In this document: positions 26,860 to 36,422 of the stretch, in pieces | Numbering within the stretch: position 1 is the first letter of the stretch | Layout of the letters: every line of letters begins with the position of its first letter | Source of the DNA: Patescibacteria group bacterium | GTDB taxonomy: Bacteria; Patescibacteriota; Minisyncoccia; UBA6257; 2-01-FULL-56-20 | Direction: 5' to 3' | DNA length: 64,000 bases | Assembly: GCA_038063755.1 (NCBI GenBank) | Contig: JBBTUL010000011.1 | Location: 3,946 to 67,945, forward strand | Notes under the pieces: model-generated | Told to the model about the DNA's origin: nothing | The model's database searches: none | What the model saw: the letters and a program-made list of their open reading frames with translations, nothing else | Program-made: the position numbers and the translations under genes

Positions 26860-28383
26860 ATGAAAGATTTATCCGAACAGCAGAAGATCGGGCGTTTTAT
26901 TGCGGATCTTCGGGAGCATGCACACATGACGCAGGGGGATTTGGCAAAAGCACTCTCTACAAGCCAGAGTGCGGTTGCGCGGATGGAGGCGGGAGAGCAA
27001 AACTTCTCGACCGAAATGCTCGCGAAAGTTTCCCGCGCGCTTGGGCGGGATATCGTTACACTTTCTTCCGGGGCGATGAACTTTCGCATCGAAGGAGGGA
27101 AGAAGCTTTCCGGAAAAGTCACTACCAACACCTCAAAGAATTCTGCGGTTGGGCTTTTATGCGCCTCGCTCTTAAATAGAGGAAGGACTGAGTTCCGCGA
27201 TATGCCTCGCATAGAAGAGGTGAATCGGATCGTCGAGGTGCTCATCTCAATTGGCGTATCTATAAAATGGCTAAACGAAAACGATCTCGAAATAATCCCG
27301 CCGAAACGATTTTCAATGGATAATCTTAACGTGCAGGCGGCGATGAAGACGCGAAGTGTTCTGATGCTTCTGGGACCGCTCATACATGAGCTTCAGAACT
27401 TCGTGATTCCCTATCCGGGTGGATGCAAGCTTGGTCGGAGGTCGGTTCGCCCGCATCTTTTTGCGCTGCAGAAGCTTGGCGTAAAGATCGGTGCCTCGAA
27501 GGGCAATTATCATGTTTCGGTAAAGAAGTTAAAGCCAGCGAACGTTGTCCTTTACGAGGCGGGAGATACTGTCACCGAAAATGCCCTCATGGCGGCCGCG
27601 CGTATTCCTGGAGTGACGACCCTCAAGTTTGCATCGGCAAACTACATGGTTCAGGATGTTGCTCGCTTCATTGAGGCGCTCGGCGTGAGGATTGATGGAA
27701 TCGGGACATCGACGCTTGTCGTCCATGGGAAGCAGGACATCCAAAAATCGGTTGTTTTTTATCCAAGCGAGGATCCAATCGAATCAATGCTTTTCCTTTC
27801 TCTTGCCGCGACGACGAACTCATCAATCGTGATTGAGCGATGCCCGATTGATTTTTTGGAGCTAGAACTTTTGAAATTGGAAAAGATGGGGTTCAAATAT
27901 AAAATCCTTCGACGTTACAAATCAAAGAATGAGATTACGAATCTTGTGGATATCAAAACATTTTCGTCAAAACTTATTGCGCTTGAAGAGAAGATTCATC
28001 CGCTTCCTTCCGCTGCCGGCATAAATATAGACAATTTACCGTTTTTCGTGCCAGTCGCGGCCTGCGCGAAGGGAACAACGCTTATCCATGACTGGGTGTA
28101 TGAGAATCGAGCTATCTATTATATGGAGCTTCAAAAGCTCGGAGTAAATATCATCTTAGCTGATCCGCATCGAGTCTACGTTGAGGGACCAACCGAGTTT
28201 CGGGCGTCCGAGGTGGTGTGCCCTCCGGCTCTCCGCCCCGCAGTTATTATACTTATCGCTATGATTGCTGCTCCTGGTGTTTCGATTTTGCGAAATGTTT
28301 ATTCGATCAACAGAGGGTACGAGGACTTGGTAAACCGCTTGAACAGGCTCGGAGCAAGGGTTGAGATTTTGCACGGGATATAA
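26860..28383 (+). CDS. murA: UDP-N-acetylglucosamine 1-carboxyvinyltransferase (MurA) with N-terminal XRE-type HTH domain
   Basis: Residues ~5-65 form a canonical Cro/C1 HTH (IGRFIADLREHAHMTQGDLAKALSTSQSAVARMEAG). The remaining ~430 aa align with MurA (KLSGKVTTNTSKNSAVGLLCASLL...). Confidence 0.88.
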   Translation: MKDLSEQQKIGRFIADLREHAHMTQGDLAKALSTSQSAVARMEAGEQNFSTEMLAKVSRALGRDIVTLSSGAMNFRIEGGKKLSGKVTTNTSKNSAVGLLCASLLNRGRTEFRDMPRIEEVNRIVEVLISIGVSIKWLNENDLEIIPPKRFSMDNLNVQAAMKTRSVLMLLGPLIHELQNFVIPYPGGCKLGRRSVRPHLFALQKLGVKIGASKGNYHVSVKKLKPANVVLYEAGDTVTENALMAAARIPGVTTLKFASANYMVQDVARFIEALGVRIDGIGTSTLVVHGKQDIQKSVVFYPSEDPIESMLFLSLAATTNSSIVIERCPIDFLELELLKLEKMGFKYKILRRYKSKNEITNLVDIKTFSSKLIALEEKIHPLPSAAGINIDNLPFFVPVAACAKGTTLIHDWVYENRAIYYMELQKLGVNIILADPHRVYVEGPTEFRASEVVCPPALRPAVIILIAMIAAPGVSILRNVYSINRGYEDLVNRLNRLGARVEILHGI

Positions 28384-28408
28384 AAGCGTATTGGTTGACA
28401 GATAGCTC

Positions 28409-28756
28409 TTGGGAGCGCTAGGCTCATTAAAGACATTTGAAGAAAGCGAGGATCTTATGTGGAGTCAGGAGTCCGCCATCCTTCTCAATTTCAAAGATAT
28501 TCCAGGACGGAGGCGCTGGGAGCTGGCACTCCTTTTCGCCTTTGTGAGACAAGTGAAAGTTTTTTTTCAAGAGGGCAGGGGGGATCTGGTGGTGACGAGG
28601 GTTCAATCGGTTCCTGTTTTTTCACCATCGACTGCTCGTTTGGCGAGAGATCGATGGATGGAAAGACTTTCAGAAATTGAAAACCTCGGCCTAGAAGCCG
28701 ATGAACGCGAGCTTCTTCAAAGGGCGATTCAGCAAATCGTCCCGTACTGCTCGTAG
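28409..28756 (+). CDS. Hypothetical protein
   Basis: ORF with no recognisable motifs. A better RBS (GAGGAT) precedes the internal ATG at 28458. Confidence 0.4.
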   Translation: MGALGSLKTFEESEDLMWSQESAILLNFKDIPGRRRWELALLFAFVRQVKVFFQEGRGDLVVTRVQSVPVFSPSTARLARDRWMERLSEIENLGLEADERELLQRAIQQIVPYCS

Positions 28757-28770
28757 CCGACAGAAATTAT

Positions 28771-28804
28771 AATGCTTCGACCATGGTCGAAGCATTTTTT
28801 GTTT
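28771..28804 (+). terminator. Rho-independent terminator (AATGCTTCGACC-atg-GTCGAAGCATT + T6)
   Basis: 11-12-bp perfect stem followed by TTTTTTG. Confidence 0.7.
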
Positions 28805-28996
28805 ACATGGTTTTGGGCGGACCCACTGAATGCACCGTTAAAAATGAAAAGAAGGCAGTGTTTGCCTCCTTGGATGTTTGACTGCAGGCTTACCGGCTCT
28901 TCGTTAGCGATCCTGCGAGTGATACGACCGCTAATGCCAGGTAAAGGAAAAAAATATAGACGTCAGAGAAAAATCCTGCTGCATCGCCGTTTCCGC

Positions 28997-29221
28997 TCAT
29001 ACGTCATCCTTCCACTTCAGAATCGCGGAAACGATGCTGATCACGCTCAGCGTAAGTAGCAGCGATAAACCGCAGGGTGCGCCAACGAACAAAAGAAGGT
29101 TTTCTGAGGTTAATTTTCCCTGTGCCAGTGTCTCGAGGAGACATGCCACGTAGAAGAAAGAAAGAAAAAGACCGATGAACAGTAACCCGCACCCGACGAA
29201 AAGATGGTCCCTCGCGCTCAT
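28997..29221 (-). CDS. Small two-helix membrane protein (74 aa)
   Basis: The only plausible ORF in the 28.8-29.36 kb gap. Two hydrophobic helices. AAGGGTAAGGAA lies upstream of the ATG on the minus strand. Confidence 0.3.
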   Translation of the reverse strand: MSARDHLFVGCGLLFIGLFLSFFYVACLLETLAQGKLTSENLLLFVGAPCGLSLLLTLSVISIVSAILKWKDDV

Positions 29222-29325
29222 TCCTTACCCTTTCCTTGAAGATGCTGAACGCATCATAGCATAGCAAAGCCTTTTGTCAATCTCTTTCTGCCAGGATTTT
29301 CTGTCGCCCAGAAACAATTCCGAAA

Positions 29326-29354
29326 TTGACTTTCAATCTTAAATCACCTTAAAT
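29326..29354 (+). promoter_or_regulatory. Sigma70-like promoter TTGACT-N17-TTAAAT for mreB
   Basis: The -10 ends 7 nt before ATG 29362 (leaderless arrangement). Confidence 0.45.
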
Positions 29355-29361
29355 ACATATA

Positions 29362-30369
29362 ATGTTTTCAAGAAAGATAGGAATCGATCTTGGTACCGCG
29401 AATACCGTCGTTTTTGTTCCCGGACGAGGTTTTATTATCAACGAGCCAACAATCGTCGCGCTTTCAAAACCAGAAAACACCGTTCTTGCGGTGGGGGTCG
29501 AGGCAAAAGAAATGATCGGAAGAACGCCCGAGGAGATCGTCGCGTATCGTCCGCTTAAAGATGGCGTCATTGCCGACTACTATATTACCAGAGCGCTTCT
29601 TACGTATTTCATTGCGAAAGCATCGCATTGGATGAATCCTTTCAAGCCGGACGTTGTGATATCGGTACCCGCCGGAATTACACAGACCGAGCGAAGAGCT
29701 GTTGTGAATGCTGCGAGGGAGGCCGGAGCGAGAAACGCGTTTATTGTACGCGAGCCAGTTCTTGCGGCGCTTGGGGCAGGGATACCGATAAATGCTCGTT
29801 CGGGGCATATGATCATAAATATAGGAGGTGGTACGTCAGAAGTTGCGGTTATCGCACTCGGAAACATTGTTTCTTGGACCAGCCTTCGTGTCGCCGGAAA
29901 TAAGTTTGATCGCGCGATCAGCGATTATGTAAAGAAAAAGTATGGCTTGGCGATTGGCGAGCAAACCGCGGAAAAAGTTAAGATCGAGATCGGGTCAGCG
30001 CTTCAGGTCAAGCAGAAGAAGGAATTCGAACTGCGCGGACGAGATTTAGTGAGCGGTCTTCCGAAGGATATCGTAATCAATTCAAGCGAGATTGCGGAGG
30101 CTCTAAACCCGCTTCTTATGGAAATTGCCGACTCGGTGCAGACGGTATTCAATAGCACGCCACCGGAGCTTGTCGCGGATATCATGGAGAAGGGAATTAT
30201 TCTTTCTGGAGGAAGCGCACAGCTCAATAATCTTACAGACTTTTTTGAGCAGATATTCCGTGTTCCTTCTTACGTTGCCGAAGATCCGCTATTTTGCGTT
30301 GCTCGCGGCACAGGCCTTATTTTAAATCACCTCGATGCATACAAGCGGACTTTGCTAAACAAGAGATAG
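29362..30369 (+). CDS. mreB: Rod-shape determining protein MreB
   Basis: IGIDLGTANTVVFV phosphate-1 motif. 335 aa actin-like ATPase. Confidence 0.9.
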   Translation: MFSRKIGIDLGTANTVVFVPGRGFIINEPTIVALSKPENTVLAVGVEAKEMIGRTPEEIVAYRPLKDGVIADYYITRALLTYFIAKASHWMNPFKPDVVISVPAGITQTERRAVVNAAREAGARNAFIVREPVLAALGAGIPINARSGHMIINIGGGTSEVAVIALGNIVSWTSLRVAGNKFDRAISDYVKKKYGLAIGEQTAEKVKIEIGSALQVKQKKEFELRGRDLVSGLPKDIVINSSEIAEALNPLLMEIADSVQTVFNSTPPELVADIMEKGIILSGGSAQLNNLTDFFEQIFRVPSYVAEDPLFCVARGTGLILNHLDAYKRTLLNKR

Positions 30370-30372
30370 GGC

Positions 30373-31221
30373 ATGGTTATCGGAAACAGGCATGTTCAAG
30401 CTGAATTCGAGCGGCTTGCCAAGAAGAAGAGACTTTCACACGGGTACCTTTTTTTTGGCCCAGCCGGATCCGGCAAGACAACATTTGCGAAAGAATTCGC
30501 GTATTTCCTAGAACACGGTTCGTACTTTGAGGGGAGGGAAGAGGAGAATAAAACACCGCTCATCGATTTTCGTTTCATTTCTCCAGGAGAAAGCGGGAGC
30601 ATTGGGATCGATGAGTCCCGAGCGGTAAAACATTTTTTATGGCAGAGACCAGTAAAAAGTTTATATCGAACGTGCATTATTGATCACGCAGAGCTGCTCA
30701 CCGCAGAAGCTCAGAACGCACTTCTTAAAATTACGGAAGAACCGCCATCGTATGCACTCCTCATTCTCATTCTGCAAGATCACGAATCTCTTCCGGTCAC
30801 TCTTGTCTCTCGTCTTCACAAGGCCTACTTTGGTCTTTCTGGCGTGAAAGAAGTGGAAGATTGGCTCGCCGGTTTTCATGGAGTTGCCCGCGAAGATGCC
30901 GTCAAGGTATCGCTCCAAACCCGCGGGAGCCCTGGTCTTGCCTGGAAAATGCTTTTTGACGAAAAGCTTAAAGGAAAAATTGCTGACGCAAAAAAGTTTC
31001 TCCACGTTCGTCCAGAGGAAAGAAAGGATTTCCTGAAAAAACTTCTTGAAGACGAAATGTTTTCACTTCCGATTTTTCTTGATGCGCTCGTTCTCTCGAC
31101 ATGCGGAGAAGGAGATATTTATGGAAAATTTTGGCATGCCATGCTAGAATTGAGAGGTGCTGCGGATGGGACGCCGCTCAATCCGCGGATTCAACTTTCA
31201 GAATTATGGAACAAAACATAA
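30373..31221 (+). CDS. holB: DNA polymerase III delta-prime subunit-like AAA+ protein
   Basis: GYLFFGPAGSGKTT P-loop without a classic Walker B acidic pair. Sits between mreB and frr. Confidence 0.7.
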   Translation: MVIGNRHVQAEFERLAKKKRLSHGYLFFGPAGSGKTTFAKEFAYFLEHGSYFEGREEENKTPLIDFRFISPGESGSIGIDESRAVKHFLWQRPVKSLYRTCIIDHAELLTAEAQNALLKITEEPPSYALLILILQDHESLPVTLVSRLHKAYFGLSGVKEVEDWLAGFHGVAREDAVKVSLQTRGSPGLAWKMLFDEKLKGKIADAKKFLHVRPEERKDFLKKLLEDEMFSLPIFLDALVLSTCGEGDIYGKFWHAMLELRGAADGTPLNPRIQLSELWNKT

Positions 31222-31757
31222 AAGAACTCGAAGCCTCGCTCAAGGGACTCACTGCGTATTTAAGCGATGAGCTCAAAGGGATTCGAACAAACCGTCCTTC
31301 GGTTGAGCTCATTGAAAGCATTAAGGTCAACTATTTTGATGACTGGCTTACTATTCAACAGCTTGGATCAATTTCTGTCGTTCCTCCGCGTGAAATACGA
31401 ATTTCCGTTTGGGATAAAAATGCAACCGGCCCCATAACAAAAGCGATAGAGGACGCAAACGCAGGGCTGACGGTCTCTGTCGACGGAACCGCTATCCGAG
31501 CGACGCTTTCGCAGATGAGCAACGAGCGACGGGAGGAGTTTATGAAAATTGCCAAAAAGAAGGCGGAATCTACCCGTATCGAGATACGGGGGAAGCGTGA
31601 CGAAACCATGAAGAGAATGAAGGCGATGCAGGACTCGGGGGGTATTACCGAAGACCAGGCTTTTAAAGGTAAGGAGCGAATTCAGAAGGTTGTTGATGGC
31701 GAAAACAAGCGAGTAGAGGCACTTCTTGAGGAGAAACTTAGGGAGCTGGAAGAATAA
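31206..31757 (+). CDS. frr: Ribosome recycling factor
   Basis: 183 aa. LKGIRTNRPSVELIESIKV and the RRF C-terminal coiled coil. The ATG overlaps the holB end by 16 nt. Confidence 0.88.
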   Translation: MEQNIKELEASLKGLTAYLSDELKGIRTNRPSVELIESIKVNYFDDWLTIQQLGSISVVPPREIRISVWDKNATGPITKAIEDANAGLTVSVDGTAIRATLSQMSNERREEFMKIAKKKAESTRIEIRGKRDETMKRMKAMQDSGGITEDQAFKGKERIQKVVDGENKRVEALLEEKLRELEE

Positions 31758-31765
31758 ACTAAACC

Positions 31766-32803
31766 ATGGTCATCTTTTTCATTGTTCTTTTCGGACTTTC
31801 TGCGTTGATCTTGGGACACGAAGCGGGTCATTTTTTTGCTGCGCGTTGGTTCAAGTTGAAAATAGAAGAGTTCGGAATTGGTTTTCCGCCGCGTATTTTC
31901 GCCAGGAAGAAAGGAGAAACCGAGTACAGTGTGAATTGGCTTCCATTCGGTGGATTCGTGAGAATCGCCGGCGAGAACGACGGAATGAAAAACGAAGAAG
32001 AGCCCATAGCGAACGAAGATCGCTCGAGGTATTTTTCTACGCAACCCGCGTGGAAGCGAGCAGTGATAATGTTCGCGGGAGTTTTTGTGAACTTTATTCT
32101 CGGCTGGTTGCTTCTTTCGGCGGTTTTTCTTTCGGGAACTCCAAAAATACTCCTTGTTGCGGATGTTGAACCGAATTCGCCAGCCGCATCGGTTGGGCTA
32201 AAGCGAGGTGATGTGATAAAGGACTATCAACAAGCCGAGCAGTTTATTAGTTTCGTAAACGAAAATCGTGGCAAGGAAATATCGTTTGCGATTATTCGCG
32301 ATGGGAAAGAGATTTTTATGGTTACAACTCCGCGCGGAACTGTTTCTGACGGGAAGGGGGCGTTGGGAGTTTTTCTGGAGGAAGGAGGTTCGGAGCGATC
32401 CGGATTTTTTGCATCACTTGCAAAAGGATTCAGCGCCGCACTCAGCATGATTGTTCTTACCATTCAATCATTTTATGAGCTTATTAGAAATTTTGTTTCG
32501 AGCGGAACACTGCTTGAGGGAGTCGTCGGACCGGTTGGGATTTTTTCTGTTGCCGCAAGCGCAAGTAAGTTTGGTCTCGTTTATCTTTTTCAGATTCTCG
32601 GAATTATTTCGGTCAATCTCGCGGTTCTAAATCTCATTCCGTTTCCGGCCCTCGACGGGGGAAGGCTTTTCCTCCTTTTGATAGAGAAAATAAAAGGAAC
32701 TCCGGTTCCGAGGAGGACCGAGATGATTGCAAACGGAATCGGATTTGCCCTGCTTATTCTTCTTATGATTGTTGTGACCGTTCGAGATGTCGTGCGATGG
32801 TAG
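31766..32803 (+). CDS. rseP: RIP metalloprotease RseP (site-2 protease, M50) with PDZ domain
   Basis: HEAGH zinc motif within the first TM helix. PDZ segment. LDGG motif near the C-terminus. Confidence 0.88.
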   Translation: MVIFFIVLFGLSALILGHEAGHFFAARWFKLKIEEFGIGFPPRIFARKKGETEYSVNWLPFGGFVRIAGENDGMKNEEEPIANEDRSRYFSTQPAWKRAVIMFAGVFVNFILGWLLLSAVFLSGTPKILLVADVEPNSPAASVGLKRGDVIKDYQQAEQFISFVNENRGKEISFAIIRDGKEIFMVTTPRGTVSDGKGALGVFLEEGGSERSGFFASLAKGFSAALSMIVLTIQSFYELIRNFVSSGTLLEGVVGPVGIFSVAASASKFGLVYLFQILGIISVNLAVLNLIPFPALDGGRLFLLLIEKIKGTPVPRRTEMIANGIGFALLILLMIVVTVRDVVRW

Positions 32804-33141
32804 ATTTTCTTGCCGTAAATAATCGTTTTCTTGAAGAAATCAATTTTCGCGCCGCGGATGGAATTTTTTAAGCGTTCCGAAGGGTGAAAGGAAGGGCGAT
32901 TAAGAAGATTCTTGTTTTGCATCTTAAGCTTTCAACGGGCAACATATCCATCTTGACACCCTTTCGTGTCTGGGACTTGAGGGTGTGAATCATTTTTTGC
33001 GACAAGGTTTTCCAATGCGAAAGTTTGGGGATAACTAATTCTTTGACATGGATCGAGGGTCGGCCCTACACTTTTTTATAGGGGATGTTCTGTCGACTCC
33101 CAACTAAAAAAACAGGGTAGCCGTTTTACGGCACCATCCAT

Positions 33142-35868
33142 ATGCCCAAAGAAAAAACAAATCGGTCAGTAGCTCGTCGTATACTCGCAACACCATCTCA
33201 CCTTCGGAGATTTTACACAAAGGAAGGAGTACATCCTTTCGCCGAGGTTGAGTGGAAGAGCGCCGTTGTGACTGTACCAGGAGTTACCGGCATGCTTGAG
33301 CGGGAGGTTGAGGTTCCGGCATCATGGTCAGAGCATGCGGTTCGAATTGCAGCGGCGAAGTATTTTCGAGGACGGATTGGGACAAGCGAGTGGGAGTCTT
33401 CGGTGAAGCAGATGATCTCTCGCGTCGCAGGGACGATCCGCGATTGGGGAAAAAAATTCGGTTATTTCTCAAGCGAAGAAGCATCGAGTGTTTTTCATGA
33501 TGAACTCACTTCGATTTTACTTCATCAGCGCGCTGCGTTTAATTCTCCGGTTTGGTTCAACGTTGGCGTTATGGCCGAGCCGCAATGTTCCGCGTGTTTT
33601 ATTCTTTCGGTTGAGGATAATATGGATTCTATTTTGGACTGGATTAAAAACGAGGGACTCATCTTTAAGCGGGGGTCTGGTGCCGGAATAAATCTTTCAA
33701 CGCTTCGTGCCGAACGAGAGACGCTATCGCAAGGAGGACATTCTTCGGGACCTGTTTCGTTTATGCGAGGTGCCGATTCGGTTGCAGGGATGATCGCTTC
33801 CGGTGGTTCCACGAGGCGTGCCGCAAAGATGGTCGTGATGAATATTGATCACCCCGACATCATGCAGTTCGTTTCTTCAAAGGCAGAAGAGGAGAAGAAG
33901 ATCAGAGCGTTTATTGATGCGGGATACAATATGTATGACTTAAACAATGAAGCGTGGCACTCCATCCAATATCAGAATGCGAATAATTCTGTTCGAGTGA
34001 CAGACGAGTTTATGTCAGCGGTTGAGCGGGACGAATCATTCTCGACAAAGTTCATTCGTAATAACGACGTTGCGGAAACACATCGCGCGAAAGATATGAT
34101 GCGTTCGATTGCGCAAGCGGCATGGGATTGCGGGGACCCAGGAATCCAATTCGATACCATCATCAACAGGTGGCATACGTGTCCCGTGACGGGGCGTATT
34201 AATGCGTCGAATCCATGCAGCGAATACATGCACCTTGACGATTCCGCATGCAACCTTGCCTCGATAAATCTCATGAAGTATCTCGGCGAAGATGGGTCGT
34301 TCGACGTTGATGCCTTCAGGCATACCGTTCGAATCATGATCCTTGCCCAGGAGATTGCGGTTGAGGGTTCTTCCTATCCAACGAAAAAAATAACCGAAAA
34401 CGCGAGGAATTTCAGGCAGCTTGGCCTGGGATATGCGAATTTGGGAGCGCTTCTTATGAAAAAAGGTATCGCGTATGATTCGGAGGAGGGCCGACACTCA
34501 GCTGCTTCGATTACGGCGCTCATGACCGGAGAGGCGTATCGCTGGTCCGCGGTCATTGCAAAGGAAAAAGGACCGTTTGTGGGTTTTGATGTGAACCGAA
34601 AGCCGATGCTGCGCGTGCTTGGCATGCATCGTGACGCACTTGATCAAATAAGACCGGAAAGAGTTTTTGACCGTCGGGTGTTGAGCGAAGCGGTAGAGGC
34701 GTGGGATGAGGCAGTGCAATTTGGCGGAAAATACGGAGTCCGAAATTCTCAAGCAACCGTTCTCGCTCCGACGGGAACCATAGCGCTTATGATGGACTGT
34801 ACAACGACCGGCATCGAGCCGGAGTTCGCTCTCGTGAAAACGAAACATCTTGTTGGCGGAGGGACGATGAAATTTATTAACTCTGTGGTGCGGGATGCGC
34901 TCGTGACGCTTGGTTATGGCGAAGAAGAACGAAATGCTATCGTTTCATACATCGAGGACAAAGGGGTTGCCGAGGGAGCGCCGTATCTGAAAGCAGAACA
35001 TCTTTCGGTTTTTGACTGTGCGGTGCGATCTCAGAACGGAACGCGATCAATCCCGTGGCAGGGTCACGTGAAGATGGTCGCGGCCGCGCAGCCATTCCTC
35101 TCGGGAGCAGTTTCAAAAACTTTCAACATGTCTGCCGAGACGACGGTCGAAGAGATAATGGAAGCATATGTTTCAGCGTGGAAGTTGGGACTCAAGGCTT
35201 TTGCGGTGTACCGCGATGGCTCAAAGGCTGCGCAGCCGCTTGTTACGGGAAACGGAGGCGGAACGAAAAGGAAGAAGCAGGAAGAACCGGTGCGAAGGCG
35301 CTTGTCCGCTACTCGCAAATCGGAAACGCATAAGTTTTCCATTGCAGGGCACGAAGGATACCTCACGCATAGCATTTTCGACAACGGAGATCTCGCAGAA
35401 ATTTTTATTAAAATGTCGAAACAAGGATCGACACTTGCTGGACTTCTCGATACTTTTGCGATTGCGGTTTCTATCGCCATTCAGTACGGAGTGCCTCTTT
35501 CGACTTTGGTACAGAAGTTCTCGCACGGGAGGTATGAGCCAGCTGGATTTACCGCAAATCCGGATATTCCTGTTGCCACGTCTATCACCGACTATATTTT
35601 TCGATATCTCGCGGTAAAGTTTCTGACTTCGACAGAACTTGAAGACCTCGGAATTTCGGGCACCTCTCAAATTAAGAGCGACACGACGACAAAAGAAGAG
35701 GTCGAGGTTGAGCTTGAAAAACCGGCAGCGCTTCCTCCAAAAAGAGAGGCCTCAAGCGGCGGCGTGGTGTATGCCGACAGTGTTTGCCGCGCGTGCGGCG
35801 GTATGCTCATCCAGACGGGATCTTGTAAGACCTGTATTCAGTGCGGTACTTCAAACGGCGGTTGCTGA
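33142..35868 (+). CDS. nrdJ: Ribonucleoside-diphosphate/triphosphate reductase, class II (adenosylcobalamin-dependent, NrdJ)
   Basis: 908 aa. ATP-cone-less class II layout. Conserved NPCSE-like catalytic region. C-terminal Cys-rich zinc ribbon (CRACGG...CKTCIQCG). Confidence 0.9.
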   Translation: MPKEKTNRSVARRILATPSHLRRFYTKEGVHPFAEVEWKSAVVTVPGVTGMLEREVEVPASWSEHAVRIAAAKYFRGRIGTSEWESSVKQMISRVAGTIRDWGKKFGYFSSEEASSVFHDELTSILLHQRAAFNSPVWFNVGVMAEPQCSACFILSVEDNMDSILDWIKNEGLIFKRGSGAGINLSTLRAERETLSQGGHSSGPVSFMRGADSVAGMIASGGSTRRAAKMVVMNIDHPDIMQFVSSKAEEEKKIRAFIDAGYNMYDLNNEAWHSIQYQNANNSVRVTDEFMSAVERDESFSTKFIRNNDVAETHRAKDMMRSIAQAAWDCGDPGIQFDTIINRWHTCPVTGRINASNPCSEYMHLDDSACNLASINLMKYLGEDGSFDVDAFRHTVRIMILAQEIAVEGSSYPTKKITENARNFRQLGLGYANLGALLMKKGIAYDSEEGRHSAASITALMTGEAYRWSAVIAKEKGPFVGFDVNRKPMLRVLGMHRDALDQIRPERVFDRRVLSEAVEAWDEAVQFGGKYGVRNSQATVLAPTGTIALMMDCTTTGIEPEFALVKTKHLVGGGTMKFINSVVRDALVTLGYGEEERNAIVSYIEDKGVAEGAPYLKAEHLSVFDCAVRSQNGTRSIPWQGHVKMVAAAQPFLSGAVSKTFNMSAETTVEEIMEAYVSAWKLGLKAFAVYRDGSKAAQPLVTGNGGGTKRKKQEEPVRRRLSATRKSETHKFSIAGHEGYLTHSIFDNGDLAEIFIKMSKQGSTLAGLLDTFAIAVSIAIQYGVPLSTLVQKFSHGRYEPAGFTANPDIPVATSITDYIFRYLAVKFLTSTELEDLGISGTSQIKSDTTTKEEVEVELEKPAALPPKREASSGGVVYADSVCRACGGMLIQTGSCKTCIQCGTSNGGC

Positions 35869-35880
35869 AATCCATCGACC

Positions 35881-36402
35881 ATGTTTTTACTGTTCACCGG
35901 AAACGGCAAGGGAAAAACGACATCCGCAATCGGACAAGCGGTACGAATGTTGGGCGAGGGGAAGCGGGTACTCATGATCCAATTTATTAAAGGCCCGTGG
36001 AAGTCCGGAGAGGACGAGTCGTCAAAGCTGCTTCATCCGAATTTCCGGATCATAAAGTCGGGGAAAGGGTTTGTGGGAATATTGGGAGACAAACTGCCTC
36101 GCGAGGTGCACCGTGCGGCCGCGCGAAAAGGACTTGCGCTCGCCATAAAAGAGGCGAAATCGAGAAGATGGGACGCTCTTATCTTGGATGAGGTTCATAA
36201 CGCGATAAAACTTCGCTTGCTTACCACAAAGGATGTGCTGTCTTTTGTCGATATCGCGCTTAAGAAGCTCGAGCATCTAATTCTTACCGGGCGGGATGCG
36301 CCCCGCGCGCTTATCTCTCGTGCCGATCTCGTGACGGAGATGCGCGAAATAAAGCATCCATACGCGAAAGGAAAGAAGGCCGAGAAGGGAATAGAATACT
36401 AA
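35881..36402 (+). CDS. cobO: ATP:cob(I)alamin adenosyltransferase (CobA/CobO/BtuR family)
   Basis: P-loop GNGKGKTTSAIG and IQFIKG motif typical of CobA/BtuR. 173 aa. Confidence 0.85.
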   Translation: MFLLFTGNGKGKTTSAIGQAVRMLGEGKRVLMIQFIKGPWKSGEDESSKLLHPNFRIIKSGKGFVGILGDKLPREVHRAAARKGLALAIKEAKSRRWDALILDEVHNAIKLRLLTTKDVLSFVDIALKKLEHLILTGRDAPRALISRADLVTEMREIKHPYAKGKKAEKGIEY

Positions 36403-36422
36403 AAACCAACCGTGACCAATAT

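Noticed and set aside
26838-27383. 181-aa minus-strand ORF antisense to the 5-prime part of HTH-murA
   Set aside because: Overlaps the conserved HTH and MurA N-terminal coding sequence; antisense frame artefact.
32804-33141. Cobalamin riboswitch upstream of nrdJ
   Set aside because: Searched by eye for a B12-box (GCCACTG-like core) and the characteristic multi-stem junction. None found. Hairpins are present but not diagnostic.
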